DNA of 64,000 nucleotides. Source: Lytechinus pictus (lineage: Eukaryota). The stretch spans positions 34,970,001 through 35,034,000 of the forward strand of contig NC_087245.1 of NCBI RefSeq assembly GCF_037042905.1, in the 5' to 3' direction. This document shows positions 60,379-64,000 of this stretch, piece after piece. Position numbers and translations under genes: made by a program. The number at the start of each line of letters is the position of its first letter. The stretch's first letter is position 1. The notes under the pieces were generated by a model. The model made no database searches, was not told the DNA's origin, and saw only the letters and a list, made by a program, of their open reading frames with translations.

Positions 60379-61010
60379 ATATATCAATTACATTCATAAT
60401 ATAAGCCCTTTACATTGAGAATGAAATTGATAAATCCATATGGTGATATTTCAAAGTTTTGATTAAACTATAATAAAACCTGTGAAACCACATGAATTGT
60501 ATAAAATAGAAAAATCAAAGAAACTGATTGATCAGTGAAAGTTTTAGATTGAATAAATGATGAAAAAGTTTTGTGCATTGGAATGTTGAGATCATTTAGT
60601 AAAATGGCAATTTGACCAATATGTGTGATGTCACATATTAAGTATATGTTTCAGTTGTTATGATTAGGTTAATGAGTAGCCCAAACGTACCAAAAATCAA
60701 ATCAGATATATCTTTTCAGGTTTTTAATTGGGGCTCTGGCCTCAAATTTTTATACTGTCATAAAAGCCTGGCCTTTTCTGACAGTATGAAAATTTTGCTG
60801 GTCACTGATTCCATAGTGAGAATGAAGTTATTTATGATTTACCATTGTTGCGCCTCCCTCATAAAACCATGGACCAAGGATGGAGGCCTTTAAATTTTGT
60901 TGATTGCATATATAGGGATAAAAATAATTTGTTATGTGATTTACTAACTCTCATGTCAGATCGCATAGCGTGGTGTACCATTGTTTATTCATTCTCAGAT
61001 GCATACTACA

Positions 61011-61018
61011 AGTAGTAC

Positions 61019-61061
<43 letters not shown>

Positions 61062-61100
61062 AAGTAGTAGTAGTAGTAGAAGTAGTAGTAGTAGTAGTAA

Positions 61101-61154
<54 letters not shown>

Positions 61155-61186
61155 AAGTAGTAGTAGTAGTAGTAGAAGTAGTAATA

Positions 61187-61250
<64 letters not shown>
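61011..61250. repeat. (AGT)n microsatellite, ~240 bp
   Basis: Direct reading; few AGA/AAT/ATT interruptions. Confidence 0.98.
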
Positions 61251-61252
<2 letters not shown>

Positions 61253-61476
61253 TAGCCCGCCTCGACCCTTTAAATGAAGAGAAAAGACAGACACGTGTTA
61301 TTTCTTGGTAAAAGTAACAGTAGAATGCCCTTCTCACAAAGTGTGGTCAAACTCCTGCAGTATCTGGACTCTTCGATTATGTTACAGGGGTAACCATCAT
61401 TACCAATAGAGGGACTGCCAGGTGTGCTAATTAAAGGCCTGCTTGTACCTTTGTGTACTTTGTGGGCCTGCCCACA
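61251..61476 (-). repeat. 3' LTR of the Gypsy element (226 bp)
   Basis: Minus strand starts TGTGGGC right after the PPT and ends GGGCTACA at the microsatellite junction. Confidence 0.85.
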
Positions 61477-62125
61477 CTCTCCCCCCGAAAAAATAAGCTG
61501 GCCGGTTCATTTTCATGGTACCCTATCATCATCAACTTTCAATACAATGTACGATAACGGTTTCAATACAACAGTTTAAACAAAAATATGCATGTATTCA
61601 AATAAACGCTTGCACACCTAGAGTAGTCATCTGGTATCAAAAGAATGAGAGAACTCATTTCTGTGGCAGAGTCAAAAGGAAAAAAAATAAAAAATTCACT
61701 TCCTCATGGAATTATTCCATTTCAGAGGTCTGGAAGAAGAAAAGAGGCCTTCCTTTCTTATCCAAGCAACTTTTACAGTTGTTTCAAGTAATAATTTTTC
61801 CGTCGCAGTATCTGCGTACTCTCCGTAATTACCCTGAAAGTCACCCATGCTACCCTAACATTACCTTTTAGCAGGACTTTTCACTATCGGTACAATCCAG
61901 CACAAAAGATAACCAGAGGACTCTCTAGAACATGCAAAATGTCCAAAAGGTTTTTCTAAACATCCAAGAACTCATGATCTTAAAAAAAAAAAAACATAAA
62001 AATAACTTATTTTAAATTAGAATATCTGCCGCAGTCTCTTTCCAAGATGTCATATTCATGATTTTGGTGTCCGAGCTAGACATACGGTTTAGTGTTCGTA
62101 TAGGTCAATTGTTCAAATGTTCAAA

Positions 62126-64000
62126 TTAGTTCTGACCAAATGTCGGCTGTGGGGCGGGGGTCCTTGTCATCCATGGCTGCCATTGCTGGAATTGTCCCGC
62201 GTCCCACGCAGGCCTGGAGATAAACGAAGGCATTTCATGAGGTATACGAACCTGCTGCTGTCCTCTCGGTAGGCCGGCATCCCATGACCAGGGGTCTGCT
62301 TGATGCATCATCCTCTGGTGTGGTTGTGTATGCGGGTAGTACAGCCCTGGCTGTCCATTCATCCTCGGGAGCTCAGTTTGCACCATGTTGACATTGGGGT
62401 CCCGTCGCCATTGCTGAGGCTCACCAAGCTGAGTATAGGTCAGAACCGGCGGAGGCTGTCTCCTGCGTGGTGGGTTCCGACGATCCTGCTGCGGAGGGCT
62501 ACAGTCTCCTGAGTCGTAGAGGTCAGCATCCTGTGAAGAAAAGAAAGTGGGAGGTGGTGGTGGTGGTGGTGGTGGTAGGAAAGGTGGCATTGGGACAGGT
62601 GGGATTGGGGCAGGGGGAGGTGGAGGTATGTTAGCAGGATGAGGTAAGGGTGCTTGAGGTGTGCCTTGCTGGTTATCATCAGCAATCCTGCTGTCTGGTG
62701 TTGGCTGCAATGGATACCTTGGCTCAAGTCGAGATGGGGGCTGAGGTGGAGGTGGCGAAGCTGGTGGTGATGCAATGTGTGGATGAACAGGAATAAGCGT
62801 GACTTCTTCATCATCCGAGTCACCACTTTCGTCTCTCATCTCTGCTGGGGAGGCCTGTGGTAGTGCCCGAGGTATTCGTCTCTGCCTGTCTCCGCTTGGC
62901 TGATCCTGCTGAACTCGCAATCCCAAGTAATCACAGGGCAACAACATATTGCGATGGAGCACTCTAACTCTACCTTGACCGATCTCAGGACAGACTTCAT
63001 ATACAGGGATGTCTGGAGAAAGACGCCGTTTCACGATATGAACTTGCTTCTCCCAGTATGACCGCAATTTTGAGGGCCCTTGCTGTGGTACCATATTTCT
63101 CACCAGTACCCTATCACCTTGCTCTAAGGGGAGTGGATGTAGTCCCTTGTCTCTGGTTTTCTTTGTAGCTTCTGCCTTGGCCTGCGATGTATGCTTTGCC
63201 AGGTCATAGGCTTCCCTCATGGCTGTTTTCCATCTCTGAGCATATGTCTTTTGGTCACCAGTTGTGGAGTGTTCTTCATTCAGTCCGAATGCTAAGTCGA
63301 TTGGTAGCCTTGGTGTATGACCAAACATCAGGAAGGCTGGGGCATAGCCAGTCGCCTCGTTTCGAGTAGAATTGTAGGCGTGGACTACTTTAAGTAGGTG
63401 CTCCTTCCAGTTTGACTTTTGCTCCACGGTAAGCGTCCTCAACATCGAAAGGAGTGTCCTGTTGAAACGCTCAGCTTTTCCATTCCCTTGGGGGTGATAG
63501 GGAGTTGTCCTTGAATTCTGCACCCCTGATAGCTGCTGCAGCCGGTGGAATAACCTATTCTCAAACTCGCCTCCTTGATCATGGAGTATCCGGCGGGGAA
63601 AACCGAATCTAAGTACAAAATCATTAAAGATTCTGTCAGCTGCAGTTTGGCCAGACTTATTCCTCGTGGGATATGCTTGAGCATACCTTGTAAAATGATC
63701 AACCACAACAAGTATATACTCATAACCACCTTTACTGGTTTCCAGGTGTACAAAGTCTATGGAGATGAGCTTTAGGGGCTCAGATGTCACGATTGGTACC
63801 ATTGGAACTCTAATCTGTCGGTTAGGTTTACGCTGGATGAGACAGCTACATTCATGATGGATGAAGTGTTCCACATCTTTCTGCATGTTTGGCCAGTAGA
63901 ACCTTTGCCTTGCTAAATCGAGTACTCGAGCTACACCAAGATGACCCATGTTTACATGCAGATCCTTGAGCACTCGCATCCGGTAGCATGGAGGTAGGAC
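62126..64000 (-). CDS. pol: Gypsy pol polyprotein C-terminal part: integrase (HHCC zinc finger, DDE core) plus Pro-rich tail
   Basis: LHVNMGHLG...FYWPNM...CSCLIQRK; ISIDFVHL, VVVDHFTRY, LHDQGGEFEN, TTPYHPQGNGKAERFNRTL. The frame stays open to the window end (VLPPCYRM). Confidence 0.96.
   Translation of the reverse strand, partial: VLPPCYRMRVLKDLHVNMGHLGVARVLDLARQRFYWPNMQKDVEHFIHHECSCLIQRKPNRQIRVPMVPIVTSEPLKLISIDFVHLETSKGGYEYILVVVDHFTRYAQAYPTRNKSGQTAADRIFNDFVLRFGFPRRILHDQGGEFENRLFHRLQQLSGVQNSRTTPYHPQGNGKAERFNRTLLSMLRTLTVEQKSNWKEHLLKVVHAYNSTRNEATGYAPAFLMFGHTPRLPIDLAFGLNEEHSTTGDQKTYAQRWKTAMREAYDLAKHTSQAKAEATKKTRDKGLHPLPLEQGDRVLVRNMVPQQGPSKLRSYWEKQVHIVKRRLSPDIPVYEVCPEIGQGRVRVLHRNMLLPCDYLGLRVQQDQPSGDRQRRIPRALPQASPAEMRDESGDSDDEEVTLIPVHPHIASPPASPPPPQPPSRLEPRYPLQPTPDSRIADDNQQGTPQAPLPHPANIPPPPPAPIPPVPMPPFLPPPPPPPPPTFFSSQDADLYDSGDCSPPQQDRRNPPRRRQPPPVLTYTQLGEPQQWRRDPNVNMVQTELPRMNGQPGLYYPHTQPHQRMMHQADPWSWDAGLPRGQQQVRIPHEMPSFISRPAWDAGQFQQWQPWMTRTPAPQPTFGQN

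Larger units (their letters stand above)
61251..64000 (-). mobile_element. Ty3/Gypsy LTR retrotransposon, 3' part (truncated by the window edge)
   Basis: Integrase is C-terminal in pol, followed by a 3' UTR, PPT GGGGGGAGAG (61486-61477) and an LTR with TG...CA ends. Confidence 0.95.

Noticed and set aside
60951..61337. Poly-Leu / poly-Ser ORFs
   Set aside because: Translations of the (AGT)n microsatellite.

Overview
AT-rich, intron-rich animal genomic DNA. The repeat landscape suggests a sea urchin/echinoderm (inference). Two spliced protein-coding genes lie on the + strand and were reconstructed exon by exon with GT-AG boundaries and consistent phases. The first is a TMCC/TEX28-family ER membrane coiled-coil gene (11 coding exons, 7738-28698, ~606 aa). 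The second is TSEN2, a tRNA-splicing endonuclease catalytic subunit (10 coding exons, 41762-57012, ~847 aa), greatly enlarged by a 1451-nt exon. The window ends inside a Ty3/Gypsy LTR retrotransposon (- strand: integrase, PPT, 226-bp 3' LTR) that abuts a long (AGT)n microsatellite. Introns and intergenic DNA hold many non-autonomous DNA transposons (Harbinger-, Kolobok-, piggyBac-, P-, hAT- and Helentron-like), tRNA-derived SINEs, LINE fragments and tandem repeats. Most notable observations: (1) a 762-bp TIR/TSD-bounded element carrying a RecQ-like helicase fragment (AcademH-like); (2) a TSEN2 insertion with three W-x5-D-W motifs; (3) a Helentron-type satellite carrying clustered nuclear-receptor half-sites; (4) a three-level transposon nest with an empty-site control inside the window; (5) TMCC-TSEN2 adjacency that may be ancient synteny. 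No CRISPR, rRNA or genuine tRNA genes were seen. Family assignments come from recalled motifs, not database searches.
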